DNA of 64,000 nucleotides from Eledone cirrhosa. Taxonomy: Eukaryota. The notes under the pieces were generated by a model, which saw only the letters and a list, made by a program, of their open reading frames with translations, did no database searches and was not told where the DNA came from. Positions 11,501 to 25,200 of the stretch are shown one piece after another. Location: positions 240,684,001 to 240,748,000 of the forward strand of contig OZ024741.1 in assembly GCA_964016885.1 (NCBI GenBank). The letters run 5' to 3'. The position numbers and the translations under genes are program-made. The number at the start of each line of letters is the position of its first letter. The stretch's first letter is position 1.

Positions 11501-13445
11501 AGTGGTGGTGGTGGTGCTGGAAGTGATGGTAGTGGTGCTGGTGGTGATGGAAGTGATGGTAGTGGTGGTGGTGGTGATGGAAGTGATGGTAGTGGTGGTG
11601 GTGGTAATGGAAGTGATGGTAGTGGTGGTGGTGGTAATGGAAGTGATGGTTGTGGTGGTGGTGGTGATGGAAGTGATGGTAGTGGTGGTGGTGGTGATGG
11701 AAGTGATGGTAGTGGTGATGGTGGTGATGGAAGGGATGGTAGTGGTGATGGTGGTGATGGAAGGGATGGTAGTGTTGGTGGTGGTGATGGAAGTGATGGT
11801 AGTGGTGGTGGTGGTGATGGAAGTGATGGTAGTGGTGGTGGTGGTGATGGAAGTGATGGTAGTGGTGGTGGTGGTGCTGGAAGTGATGGTAGTGGTGCTG
11901 GTGGTGATGGAAGTGATGGTAGTGGTGGTGGTGGTAATGGAAGTGATGGTAGAGGTGGTGGTGATGGAAGTGATGGTAGTGGTGGTGGTGGTAATGGAAG
12001 TGATGGTAGAGGTGGTGGTGATGGAAGTGATGGTAGTGGTGGTGGTGGTGATGGAAGTGATGGTAGTGGTGCTGGTGGTGATAGAAGTGATGGTAGTGGT
12101 GGTGGTGGTGATGGAAGGGATGGTAGTGGTGGTGGTGGTGATGGAAGTGATGGTAGTGGTGGTGGTGGTGATGGAAGGGGTGGTAGTGGTGGTGGTGGTG
12201 ATGGAAGTGATGGTAGTGGTGGTGGTGGTGATGGAAGTGATGGTAGTGGTGCTGGTGGTGATGGTAGTGGTGATGGTGGTGATGGAAGTGGTGATGGTGG
12301 TGATGGAAGTGATGGTAGTGGTGATGGTGGTGATGGAAGGGATGGTAGTGGTGGTGGTGGTGATGGAAGTGATGGTAGAGGTGGTGGTGGTGATGGAAGG
12401 GATGGTAGTGGTGGTGGTGGTGATGGAAGTGATGGTAGTGGTGGTGGTGGTGATGGTGGTGATGGTAGTGGTGATGGTGGTGATGGAAGTGATGGTAGTG
12501 GTGGTGGTGTTGATGGAAGGGATGGTAGTGGTGGTGGTGTTGATGGAAGGGATGGTAGTGGTGGTGGTGGTGATGGAAGTGATGGTAGTGGTGCTGGTGG
12601 TGATGGAAGTGATGGTAGTGGTGGTGGTGGTGATGGAAGTGATGGTAGTGGTGATGGTGGTGATGGAAGGGATGGTAGTGGTGGTGGTGGTAATGGAAGT
12701 GATGGTATTGGTGGTGGTGGTGATGGAAGTGATGGTAGTGGTGGTGGTGGTGATGGAAGTGATGGTAGTGGTGGTGGTAGTGATGGAAGTGATGGTAGTG
12801 GTGCTGGTGGTGATGGTGGTGATGGTGGTGATGGAAGTGATGGTAGTGGTGGTGGTGGTGATGGAGGTGATGGAAGTGGTGGTAGTGGTGATGGAAGTGA
12901 TGGTAGTGGTGGTGGTGTTGATGGTAGTGATGGAAGTGGTGGTAGTGGTGCTGGTGGTGATGGTGGTGATGGTGGTGATGGAAGTGATGGTAGTGGTGGT
13001 GGTGGTGATGGAGGTGATGGAAGTGGTGGTAGTGGTGATGGAAGTGATGGTAGTGGTGGTGGTGTTGATGGTAGTGATGGAAGTGGTGGTAGTGGTGATG
13101 GAAGTGATGGTAGTGGTGCTGGTGGTGATGGAAGTGATGGTAGTGGTGGTGGTGGTGATGGAAGGGATGGTAGTGGTGGTGGTGGTGATGGAAGTGATGG
13201 TAGTGGTGGTAGTGGTGATGGAAGGGATGGTAGTGGTGGTGGTGGTGATGGAAGGGATGGTAGTGGTGGTGGTGGTGATGGAAGGGATGGTAGTGGTGGT
13301 GGTGGTGATGCAAGGGATGGTAGTGGTGGTGGTGGTGATGCAAGGGATGGTAGTGGTGGTGGTGGTGATGGTGGGGATGGTAGTGGTGATGGTGGTGGTG
13401 ATGGTAGGGATGGTAGTTGTGGTGGTGGTGATGGTGGTGATGGTA
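8500..13445. repeat. ~5-kb GGT/GAT-derived minisatellite, 30-bp consensus ggtgatggaagtgatggtagtggtggtggt
   Basis: Degenerate trinucleotide lead-in at 8500-8914, then regular 30-bp units with indels in multiples of 3; one phase shift near 11023. Confidence 0.97.
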
Positions 13446-13551
13446 TATATCATGACATACCATAGATAGGTATAAAGTTGTTGAACAGGTCTGTTGTGCT
13501 GTTCTGTTGTGAATGCATGAACAGATCATTAGCAGCTGTTTTATTGTGGAC

Positions 13552-14155
<604 letters not shown>

Positions 14156-14186
14156 ATGTAGTTGTGGTGAGGATGATAGCTGTAAA

Positions 14187-14974
14187 GTGGTGGTGGTGGT
14201 GGTGGTGGTGGTGGTGGTGGTGGTGGTGGTGGTGGTGGTGGTGGTGGTGTGACAGTGGCAGCAGTGTTGACGTTGATGTCCTGGTATAGGTGGCAGCAGT
14301 GTTGGTGTTACTGGTAATAGTAGTGATGTTGGTTGTGTGGTTTGAGGTGATTGCGGTAGTGGTGGTGGTGGATGTGGTGGTAAAAGTAGTGATGTTGGCT
14401 GTGTGGTGGTTGTGGTGGTTGTGGTGGTAGTTGTGGATGTCGTGGTAAAAGTAGTGATGTTGGCTGTGTGGTGGTTGTGGTGGTTGTGGTGGTAGTTGTG
14501 GTTGTCGTGGTAAAAGTAGTGATGTTGGCTGTGTGGTGGTTGTGGTGGTTGTGGTGGTTGTGGTGGTAGTTGTGGTTGTGGTGGTAGTTGTGATGGTTCT
14601 GTCTGGGTGAAGGTTGGTGATAATGGTGCTATCATATCAGAGCAACAGTGATGTGACAATGGTAGTGGTGGTGATAGGAGTTGTGGTAGAGAAGGTGGTA
14701 TATATAATAGTGACGGTGCTGGAAAGGGTAGTGATGAACATAATAATGATGTTATTAATAATAATGATGATGATGGTGATGGCAATGACAGTGATTATGA
14801 TGATGATGATGATGATGACAGTGATGACTATGATGACAATGATGATGATCATTGTGATGATTGTGATATTGATGGAGTAGGATGGCTTCTCTGTCAATTT
14901 TGATATATGAGTGTCCAATAATGATTTCACCTGCACATGATTGCTACATCATCATCATCATAACCACTATCGCT

Positions 14975-15005
<31 letters not shown>

Positions 15006-15050
15006 CTAAACTCATCGTCCTTACCACTACCACCATCACCAGCAGCAGCA
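14187..15050. repeat. (GGT)n, 65-bp tandem units, and (GAT)n/(CAT)n low-complexity sequence
   Basis: Pure GGT at ~14187-14249; taaaagtagtgatgttggctgtgtgg recurs at 14381, 14446 and 14511 (period 65); gat and cat runs follow. Confidence 0.9.
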
Positions 15051-15448
15051 TTGTAAACAATAGCAATGATTTGGTGAGATATGTCTAGATATTTTCAGTA
15101 AATTGAATATTATAATGACATCCATATTTCATTTTATGTCTTGTTGTTTCAAGAAAAGACCATTTACCATGGAAGATGGTTGACTTCACCAGAGAAGAAC
15201 AGGAAATTACAATTTCAATTGAGAATTTTGGGTGGTTAGGGGTAATATTTCGTTGTTGAGTGAGGAATGAAGCTATGTTGATTGTAGGGATTTCTTAAAT
15301 TGATGTTGTTCTTCTTTTTGTTTAACCTTTTACACTGTATCAGATATTCCTTGAGATTCAGTTCAGCAGACATATGGTCAAAGCTGTTCCTTTCATGGCC
15401 ATCCTCTATTTTATTTCTCATATATTCAAGATCACATTATCCCAAAAT

Positions 15449-15605
15449 GGGCGAAGTGGCAGAGCTTTTAGAACGTCAGATATAATGCTTGGTGTTATTT
15501 GTTCCGGTTTTCTGTGTCCTGAGTTAAAATCCCGCTGAGACCAACTTTGCCTGTCATCCTTTTAAGGTCAATAAAAAAAAGCACCAGTCTTATGGTAGAG
15601 TCAAC
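15449..15605 (+). mobile_element. Diverged family-A SINE
   Basis: gtggcagagc...tgagttaaaatcccgctgagaccaactttgcctgtcatcc. Confidence 0.75.
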
Positions 15606-16204
15606 ATCTTTCTCACTTCCTCTCTATCACTCTCTCTTTCTCTGGATGAAATCCACTGTGTTCAGACAGGGATGGGAATGGGCTCTACCAGGTTAGTGCT
15701 CCTACAACACCACCAGAAGTTATGGGTTCATATATACGTACATATATAACCAGAAATATGTCAAAACTTGAGGGAGCTGGGCATAACACCATTTTCAAAA
15801 TATATTCTAGCCTCACAAACAACAGTCCCACACCCTTGTTGTTTGGCTGAATTGAGAAATAATGAAAAGATTTGATATGAAATAATTATGATCCAATGAC
15901 TCTTTTCTGTTTTAAGACAGTTTGGTATGATTTCAGGTAGACTTAGCTGCACATTGTAGCAGGTCTAATAACTGCATAGTGACTATTTTATTGGCTTGGT
16001 TTTCATATATATTGTCAACATATGCCGGGATTGTGAAGCAGGCTTATACAATGTTGGCAATAGGCCCAGGACAGATATATAAAATATAGGCCCACCCAAT
16101 CTAAAAACTGATAATAAGCCTTGATGAGATGTAAAAGACTCCCTACACCTGGTAATAGGCTCAGTGCTAAATACATATGATTTATGTATTAGTTATGGGT
16201 ATAT

Positions 16205-16432
16205 ATCATTATCATCATAATTGTTTAACATCTATTTTCCATATTAGCATGGGTTAGACAGGTTGTCCCATTTGAGGCAAGTCAGGTGAGGTGACTGTCT
16301 CATGCTTATACAGAACTGTTTGAGGCTTGGTTTCTTTGGCTGGATGCCCTTTCTAACACCAACAACATTTACAGTGTGGGCTGAGTGTATTTTGTTGTGA
16401 CACCTACATGACCACTTTGCAGTGTGGACTTT
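16205..16432 (-). mobile_element. SINE-like family B copy
   Basis: tagcatgggttagacagg...ggctggatgccctttctaacaccaacaacatttacagtgtgg. Confidence 0.75.
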
Positions 16433-16778
16433 ACATTTAGTGTACATATATATACTTACAAATGACAGAATATAATAAAAGAACTAGAACTTGAGGTAAA
16501 GACACGCTCTTAAAATGGTGGCTCAATACCAATTGGCCCATGTGCACTCCACCTTCAAATTTAGTCTGGGTGATAGTAGCAATAGCCTGTTTAACTCTCA
16601 TTGCTCAGTAGTGACCAATTAAATATTTAAGGGGTGAGGAGACTTACATATAGGTTTTGGTAATACTCAAGTGATGGATTTCATTGCGTTCTGGGGTTAT
16701 GTTGTACACACAGCAGCGAATCTAAAGAGAGGGCTGTCAGCTTTGGGTGGCATATAATGGTTTTGTGTATTGTCTTGT

Positions 16779-17003
16779 ATCTAATGTTCCTTTGAAAATA
16801 GAGGGAAGTGATTCAAAGAAACATTATTTCAATACATTATCTAGAATTAGAAAAAAATTATTATTTCAAAAGCAGTGACCTACAGTCTCTTTGAAAGTAA
16901 GGTGAAATGATTTAAAGTAATGTTATTTCAATGCCAGACATAACATTATCTAATGTTACTTTGAAAATGTATTAAAGTGATTTAAAGAAACATGATTTCA
17001 AAA
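16779..17003. repeat. Degenerate tandem repeat, about 3 copies
   Basis: Recurring ctttgaaa...gatt.aaag.aa..ttatttcaa motif. Confidence 0.6.
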
Positions 17004-17089
17004 CCTGGGTGCTTGGGTTGAAAGACCTTGAATTCCCTCAGTGACGTTCTTAGGGATGGATGGGTACATTGGTTCTTAGCTGATTCTTA

Positions 17090-17286
17090 CTTTTGGCTCC
17101 ATGAGATTTTTCAGACACACCCCAACAACTGCTTCTGCTGGCAGGTTAAACGTAGTGAAGGGCTGGACGCTTGGAGAGGAGATGAGCTCTGCCCACCACT
17201 TCTAAAGCCCACTTCAATGCCATGATAGATACAGTCAAACAAGTAGAGTGGTTCTTCAACAACTGGCTGTACCAGTTGTGGGAACT
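17090..17286 (-). pseudogene. RLE non-LTR retrotransposon (Hero/NeSL-like) endonuclease C-terminal remnant
   Basis: Minus reads ..WYSQLL../FDCIYHGIEVGFRSGGQS, similar to the KYxxL...IEVGxRG..GxS motif. Confidence 0.45.
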
Positions 17287-17307
17287 TAATTATTATTGGT
17301 TTCTACT

Positions 17308-17680
17308 TTAGGTACAATGTCAGTAAATTTGGGGAAGGGCAAAGTTGATTAAATCAACCCTAGTACTTGATTGGTACATTATTTTGTTGACCTCAAAATG
17401 TAGTGCCAGAGCAAATATCTCAAAGGCATTTTATCAGTCACTCTACCAATTCTGCCAATCCACCACCTTTGGTTACTGTTGATATTATTTTTATAGGAGT
17501 TAGGGCAGTAGATTGACATAATGGGTAAAGTATCAGGTAAAATGCTTTGCAGCATTTAGTTATGACCCTTTATGTTCTGAGTTCAAATCCCACCAAGATC
17601 AACTTTACATCATTCTGGGGTCAATAAAATAAAGTACCAGTCAAGTACTGAGGTGAATGCAATCGACTTTTCCTTAACCA
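17308..17680. mobile_element. Two head-to-head diverged family-A SINEs
   Basis: Minus copy ~17308-17468 (ctctaccaattctgccaatccacc); plus copy ~17501-17680 (tgagttcaaatcccaccaagatcaacttt). Confidence 0.8.
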
Positions 17681-17884
17681 CAACATAGTTACAGGAAGTG
17701 ACGTTTCAAATTCAAGATCTGTACTCAATCATTTACTATAAATTTATATAAATACTTCAGCTTAAAATTTCTCAATATAGGTCTAGGCAATTTAGATTGT
17801 CTCCCTTTTGTTAAGCACAAACATCACATAATTTTGTTGGTCTTGAGAGAAGCAAGGACATCTTCTAATATGGCGTCAGTGGTG

Positions 17885-19150
17885 TCAGTTATTGTGTCAC
17901 AGGGTCACTGTGTATTTCAGTGAGGTCAGAGATCATTAAGTTATTATGGCACAAGGTCACTGTATATTTTATTTTGAGGTCAGAGGTCAGTGTATATTTC
18001 ACTTTGAGGTCTGAAGTCACACAGTTATTATGTCATAAGATCACTGTATATTTCAGTGATGCCAGAGGTCACACAGTTATTGTGTCATAAGGTCACTGTA
18101 TATTTCAGTGATGCCAGAGGTCACACAGTTATTGTTTCACAGGGTCACTGTATATTTCACAGTGATGTCAGAGGTCACACAGTTATTGTGTCACAGGGTC
18201 ACTGTATATTTCAGTGATGCCAGAGGTCACAGTTATTGTGTCACAGGATCACTGTATATTTCAGTGAGGTCAGAGGTCACACAGTTATTGTGTCATAAGG
18301 TCACTGTATATGTCAGTGATGCCAGAGGTCACACAGTTATTGTTTCACAGGGTCACTGTATATTTCACAGTGATGTCAGAGGTCACACAGTTATTGTGTC
18401 ACAGGGTCACTGTATATTTCAGTGATGCCAGAGGTCACAGTTATTGTGTCACAGGATCACTATATATTTCAGTGAGGTCAGAGGTCACACAGTTATTGTG
18501 TCATAAGATCACTGTGTATTTCAGTGATGCCAGAGGTCACACAGTTATTGTGTCACAGGTTCACTGTATATTTCACAATGATGTCAGAGGTCACACAGTT
18601 ATTGTGTCACAGGGTCACTGTATATTTCAGTGACGCCAGAGGTCACACAGTTATTGTGTCAAAGGGTCACTGCATATTTCACAGTGATGTCAGATGTCAC
18701 AAAGTTATTATGTTGCAAGATCACTGCGTATTACACAGTGAGGCCAAAGGTCACTGTATATTTCACTTTGAGGTCTGAGGTCACTGTATATATTACTTTG
18801 AGGTCAGAGGTCGCTCAGTTAATGTGTCACAAGGTCATAGGCTACTGAAGTATGGTGTCACAAGGTCGTATTTTACATTGTAATCTTAGGTCACTTAGTT
18901 ATGGTGTCACAAAATCACTGTATATTTTACAGTTAGGTCTGAGGTCACTGAATTATGGTGTCACAAGGTCACTGTATAGTTCACAGGGAGGTCAAAGGTC
19001 ACTTTGAAGTCTGTGGTCACTGTATTATGGTATCAGAAGTTCACTGTATATTTAAAAGCAATGTCACTCAGTTATGGAGTGACAAGGCTATTGTCTATTT
19101 TACAGTGAGGTCATTGAATTATGGTGTATATGATAGAATGAAGTCACTCG
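17885..19150. repeat. 52-bp minisatellite with 208-bp four-unit higher-order repeat
   Basis: Consensus gtcacacagttattgtgtcacagggtcactgtatatttcagtgatgccagag; unit lengths 54/52/50/52; higher-order starts at 18113, 18321 and 18529; decays at both edges. Confidence 0.95.
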
Positions 19151-19204
19151 GGTATGGTGTTATGGAGTTACTGTATATTTTCCAGTGTGCTTACTGTGTG
19201 CTTA

Positions 19205-19281
19205 CTGTTGTTGTTTAGCCCTAGGTCATCTCTGAACAAACATATGAAGAAAAACATTACAGCTGTGGTCATTCTGTCTTT
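19205..19281 (-). mobile_element. Probable SINE 3' end ((CAA)n-tailed) abutting the satellite
   Basis: gttgttgtttagccctaggtca...acattacagctgtggtcattctgtcttt resembles a recalled octopus SINE tail; no second copy in the window to confirm. Confidence 0.45.
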
Positions 19282-22200
19282 GGAGCTATCAGTGCGTCTT
19301 ACAAGTTAGTCTTACAAGTTCTGTCTTTGGAGCTATCAGTGTGTCTTACAAGTTAGTCTTACAAGTTCTGTCCTTGGAGCTATCAGTGTGTCTTACAGGT
19401 TAGTCTTACAAGTTCTGTATTTAGAGCTATCAGTGTGTCTTACAAGTTAGTCTTACAAGTTCTGTCTTTGGAGCTATCAGTGTTGTCTTACAAGTTAGTC
19501 TTACAGGTTCTGTCTTTGGAGCTATCAGTGTGTCTTACAAGTTAGTCTTACAAGTTCTGTCTTTACAGCTATCAGTGTGTCTTACAAGTTAGTCTTACAA
19601 GTTCTGTCTTTAGAGCTATCAGTGTGTCATACAAGTTAGTCTTACAAGTTCTGTCTTTAGAGCTATCAGTGTGTCATACAAGTTAGTCTTACAAGTTCTG
19701 TCTTTAGAACTATCATTGTGTCATACAAGTTAGTCTTACAAGGTCTGTCTTTAGAGCTATCAGTGTGTCTTACAAGTTAGTCTTACAAGTTCTGTCTTTA
19801 CAGCTATCAGTGTGTCTTACAAGTTAGTGTTACAAGTTCTGTCTTTAGAGCTATCAGTGTGTCATACAAGTTAGTCTTACAAGTTCTGTCTTTAGAACTA
19901 TCACTGTGTCATACAAGTTAGTCTTACAATTTCTGTCGTTAGAGCTATCAGTGTTGTCTTACAAGTTAGTCTTACAAGTTCTGTCTTTAGAGCTATCAGT
20001 GTTGTCTTACAATTAGTCTTACAAGTTCTGTCTTTGGAGCTATCAGTGTGTCTTACAAGTTAGTCTTACAAGTCCTGTCTTTAGAGCTATCAGTGTGTCT
20101 TACAAGTTAGTCTTACAGGTTCTGTCTTTAGAGCTATCAGTGTTGTCTTACAAGTTAGTCTTACAAGTCCTGTCTTTAGAGCTATTAGTGTTTCTTACAA
20201 GTTAGTCTTACAAGTCCTGTCTTTAGAGCTATCAGTGTTGTCTTACAAGTTAGTCTTACAAGTCCTGTCTTTAGAGCTATCAGTGTTTCTTACAAGTTAG
20301 TCTTACAAGTCCTGTCTTTAGAGCTATCAGTGTGTCTTACAAGTTAGTCTTACAAGTTCTGTCTTTAGAGCTATCAGTGTTGTCTTACAAGTTAGTCTTA
20401 CAAGTCCTGTCTTTAGAGCTATCAGTGTGTCTTACAAGTTAGTCTTACAAGTTCTGTCTTTAGAGCTATCAGTGTGTCTTACAAGTTAGTCTTACAAGTT
20501 CTGTCTTTAGAGCTATCAGTGTTGTCTTACAAGTTAGTCTTACAAGTCCTGTCTTTAGAGCTATCAGTGTTGTCTTACAAGTTAGTCTTACAAGTCATGT
20601 CTTTAGAGCTATCAGTGTTGTCTTACAAGTTAGTCTTACAAGTTCTGTCTTTAGAGCTATCAGTGTTTCTTACAAGTTAGTCTTACAGGTTCTGTCTTTG
20701 GAGCTATCAGTGTGTCTTACAAGTTAGTCTTACAGGTTCTGTCTTTGGAGCTATCAGTGTGTCTTACAAGTTAGTCTTACAAGTCCTGTCTTTAGAGCTA
20801 TCAGTGTGTCTTACAAGTTAGTCTTACAAGTTCTGTCTTTAGAGCTATCAGTGTTGTCTTACAAGTTAGTCTTACAAGTCCTGTCTTTAGAGCTATCAGT
20901 GTGTCTTACAAGTTAGTCTTACAAGTTCTGTCTTTAGAGCTATCAGTGTGTCTTACAAGTTAGTCTTACAAGTTCTGTCTTTAGAGCTATCAGTGTTGTC
21001 TTACAAGTTAGTCTTACAAGTCCTGTCTTTAGAGCTATCAGTGTTGTCTTACAAGTTAGTCTTACAAGTCATGTCTTTAGAGCTATCAGTGTTGTCTTAC
21101 AAGTTAGTCTTACAAGTTCTGTCTTTAGAGCTATCAGTGTTTCTTACAAGTTAGTCTTACAGGTTCTGTCTTTGGAGCTATCAGTGTGTCTTACAAGTTA
21201 GTCTTACAGGTTCTGTCTTTGGAGCTATCAGTGTGTCTTACAAGTTAGTCTTACAAGTTCTGTCTTTAGAGCTATCAGTGTGTCTTACAAGTTAGTCTTA
21301 CAGGTTCTGTCTTTGGAGCTATCAGTGTGTCTTACAAGTTCTGTCTTTAGAGCTATCAGTGTGTCTTACAAGTTAGTCTTACAAGTTCTGTTTTTGGAGC
21401 TATCAGTGTGTCTTACAAGTTAGTCTTACAAGTTCTGTCTTTAGAGCTATCAGTGTTGTCTTACAAGTTAGTCTTACAAGTCCTGTCTTTAGAGCTATCA
21501 GTGTGTCTTACAAGTTAGTCTTACAAATTCTGTCGTTAGAGCTATCAGTGTTGTCTTACAAGTTAGTCTTACAGGTTCTGTCTTTGGAGCTATCAGTGTG
21601 TCTTACAAGTTAGTCTTACAAGTTCTGTCTTTAGAGCTATCAGTGTGTCATACAAGTTAGTCTTACAAGTTCTGTCTTTAGAACTATCACTGTGTTATAC
21701 AAGTTAGTCTTACAAGTTCTGTCTTTAGAGCTATCAGTGTGTCTTACAAGTTAGTCTTACAAGTTCTGTCTTTACAGCTATCAGTGTGTCTTACAAGTTA
21801 GTCTTACAAGTCCTGTCTTGAGAGCTATCAGTGTGTCATACAAGTTAGTCTTACAAGTTCTGTCTTTAGAACTATCACTGTGTCATACAAGTTAGTCTTA
21901 CAAGTTCTGTCTTTAGAGCTATCAGTGTGTCTTACAAGTTAGTCTTACAAGTTCTGTCTTTAGAGCTATCAGTGTTGTCTTACAATTAGTCTTACAAGTT
22001 CTGTCTTTGGAGCTATCAGTGTGTCTTACAAGTTAGTCTTACAAGTCCTGTCTTTAGAGCTATCAGTGTGTCTTACAAGTTAGTCTTACAGGTTCTGTCT
22101 TTAGAGCTATCAGTGTTGAATTACAAGTTAGTCTTACAAGTCCTGTCTTTAGAGCTATCAGTGTTTCTTACAAGTTAGTCTTACAAGTCCTGTCTTTAGA

Positions 22201-25200
22201 GCTATCAGTGTGTCTTACAAGTTAGTCTTACAAGTCCTGTCTTTAGAGCTATCAGTGTGTCTTACAAGTTAGTCTTACAAGTCCTGTCTTTAGAGCTATC
22301 AGTGTTTCTTACAAGTTAGTCTTACAAGTCCTGTCTTTAGAGCTATCAGTGTGTCTTACAAGTTAGTCTTACAAGTCCTGTCTTTAGAGCTATCAGTGTT
22401 GTCTTACAAGTTAGTCTTACAAGTCCTGTCTTTAGAGCTATCAGTGTGTCTTACAAGTTAGTCTTACAAGTTCTGTCTTTAGAGCTATCAGTGTGTCTTA
22501 CAAGTTAGTCTTACAAGTTCTGTCTTTAGAGCTATCAGTGTTGTCTTACAAGTTAGTCTTACAAGTCATGTCTTTAGAGCTATCAGTGTTGTCTTACAAG
22601 TTAGTCTTACAAGTTCTGTCTTTAGAGCTATCAGTGTTTCTTACAAGTTAGTCTTACAGGTTCTGTCTTTGGAGCTATCAGTGTGTCTTACAAGTTAGTC
22701 TTACAGGTTCTGTCTTTGGAGCTATCAGTGTGTCTTACAAGTTAGTCTTACAAGTTCTGTCTTTAGAGCTATCAGTGTGTCTTACAAGTTAGTCTTACAG
22801 GTTCTGTCTTTGGAGCTATCAGTGTGTCTTACAAGTTCTGTCTTTAGAGCTATCAGTGTGTCTTACAAGTTAGTCTTACAAGTTCTGTTTTTGGAGCTAT
22901 CAGTGTGTCTTACAAGTTAGTCTTACAAGTTCTGTCTTTAGAGCTATCAGTGTGTCTTACAAGTTAGTCTTACAAGTTCTGTCTTTAGAGCTATCAGTGT
23001 TGTCTTACAAGTTAGTCTTACAAGTCCTGTCTTTAGAGCTATCAGTGTGTCTTACAAGTTAGTCTTACAAATTCTGTCGTTAGAGCTATCAGTGTTGTCT
23101 TACAAGTTAGTCTTACAGGTTCTGTCTTTGGAGCTATCAGTGTGTCTTACAAGTTAGTCTTACAAGTTCTGTCTTTAGAGCTATCAGTGTGTCATACAAG
23201 TTAGTCTTACAAGTTCTGTCTTTAGAACTATCACTGTGTTATACAAGTTAGTCTTACAAGTTCTGTCTTTAGAGCTATCAGTGTGTCTTACAAGTTAGTC
23301 TTACAAGTTCTGTCTTTACAGCTATCAGTGTGTCTTACAAGTTAGTCTTACAAGTCCTGTCTTTAGAGCTATCAGTGTGTCATACAAGTTAGTCTTACAA
23401 GTTCTGTCTTTAGAACTATCACTGTGTCATACAAGTTAGTCTTACAAGTTCTGTCTTTAGAGCAATCAGTGTGTCTTACAAGTTAGTCTTACAAGTTCTG
23501 TCTTTAGAGCTATCAGTGTTGTCTTACAATTAGTCTTACAAGTTCTGTCTTTGGAGCTATCAGTGTGTCTTACAAGTTAGTCTTACAAGTCCTGTCTTTA
23601 GAGCTATCAGTGTGTCTTACAAGTTAGTCTTACAGGTTCTGTCTTTAGAGCTATCAGTGTTGTCTTACAAGTTAGTCTTACAAGTCCTGTCTTTAGAGCT
23701 ATCAGTGTTTCTTACAAGTTAGTCTTACAAGTCCTGTCTTTAGAGCTATCAGTGTGTCTTACGAGTTAGTCTTACAAGTCCTGTCTTTAGAGCTATCAGT
23801 GTGTCTTACAAGTTAGTCTTACAAGTTCTGTCTTTAGAGCTATCAGTGTTGTCTTACAAGTTAGTCTTACAAGTCCTGTCTTTAGAGCTATCAGTGTGTC
23901 TTACAAGTTAGTCTTACAAGTTCTGTCTTTAGAGCTATCAGTGTGTCTTACAAGTTAGTCTTACAAGTTCTGTCTTTAGAGCTATCAGTGTTGTCTTACA
24001 AGTTAGTCTTACAAGTCATGTCTTTAGAGCTATCAGTGTTGTCTTACAAGTTAGTCTTACAAGTTCTGTCTTTAGAGCTATCAGTGTTTCTTACAAGTTA
24101 GTCTTACAGGTTCTGTCTTTGGAGCTATCAGTGTGTCTTACAAGTTAGTCTTACAGGTTCTGTCTTTGGAGCTATCAGTGTGTCTTACAAGTTAGTCTTA
24201 CAAGTCCTGTCTTTAGAGCTATCAGTGTGTCTTACAAGTTAGTCTTACAAGTTCTGTCTTTAGAGCTATCAGTGTTGTCTTACAAGTTAGTCTTACAAGT
24301 CCTGTCTTTAGAGCTATCAGTGTGTCTTACAAGTTAGTCTTACAAGTTCTGTCTTTAGAGCTATCAGTGTGTCTTACAAGTTAGTCTTACAAGTTCTGTC
24401 TTTAGAGCTATCAGTGTTGTCTTACAAGTTAGTCTTACAAGTCCTGTCTTTAGAGCTATCAGTGTTGTCTTACAAGTTAGTCTTACAAGTCATGTCTTTA
24501 GAGCTATCAGTGTTGTCTTACAAGTTAGTCTTACAAGTTCTGTCTTTAGAGCTATCAGTGTTGTCTTACAAGTTAGTCTTACAGGTTCTGTCTTTGGAGC
24601 TATCAGTGTGTCTTACAAGTTAGTCTTACAAGTTCTGTCTTTAGAGCTATCAGTGTGTCTTACAAGTTAGTCTTACAGGTTCTGTCTTTGGAGCTATCAG
24701 TGTGTCTTACAAGTTCTGTCTTTAGAGCTATCAGTGTGTCTTACAAGTTAGTCTTACAAGTTCTGTTTTTGGAGCTATCAGTGTGTCTTACAAGTTAGTC
24801 TTACAAGTTCTGTCTTTAGAGCTATCAGTGTTGTCTTACAAGTTAGTCTTACAAGTCCTGTCTTTAGAGCTATCAGTGTGTCTTACAAGTTAGTCTTACA
24901 AATTCTGTCGTTAGAGCTATCAGTGTTGTCTTACAAGTTAGTCTTACAGGTTCTGTCTTTGGAGCTATCAGTGTGTCTTACAAGTTAGTCTTACAAGTTC
25001 TGTCTTTAGAGCTATCAGTGTGTCATACAAGTTAGTCTTACAAGTTCTGTCTTTAGAACTATCACTGTGTTATACAAGTTAGTCTTACAAGTTCTGTCTT
25101 TAGAGCTATCAGTGTGTCTTACAAGTTAGTCTTACAAGTTCTGTCTTTACAGCTATCAGTGTGTCTTACAAGTTAGTCTTACAAGTCCTGTCTTGAGAGT

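Noticed and set aside
15140-15421. Possible exon after ttgtttcaag, or the 61-aa minus ORF
   Set aside because: No recognisable domain and no convincing donor site; could be an old TE fragment.
17885-19400. Common origin of the 52-bp minisatellite and the 47-bp satellite
   Set aside because: Only short shared words (cagtg, agtta, ctgt); no convincing alignment by eye, and unrelated sequence separates them.
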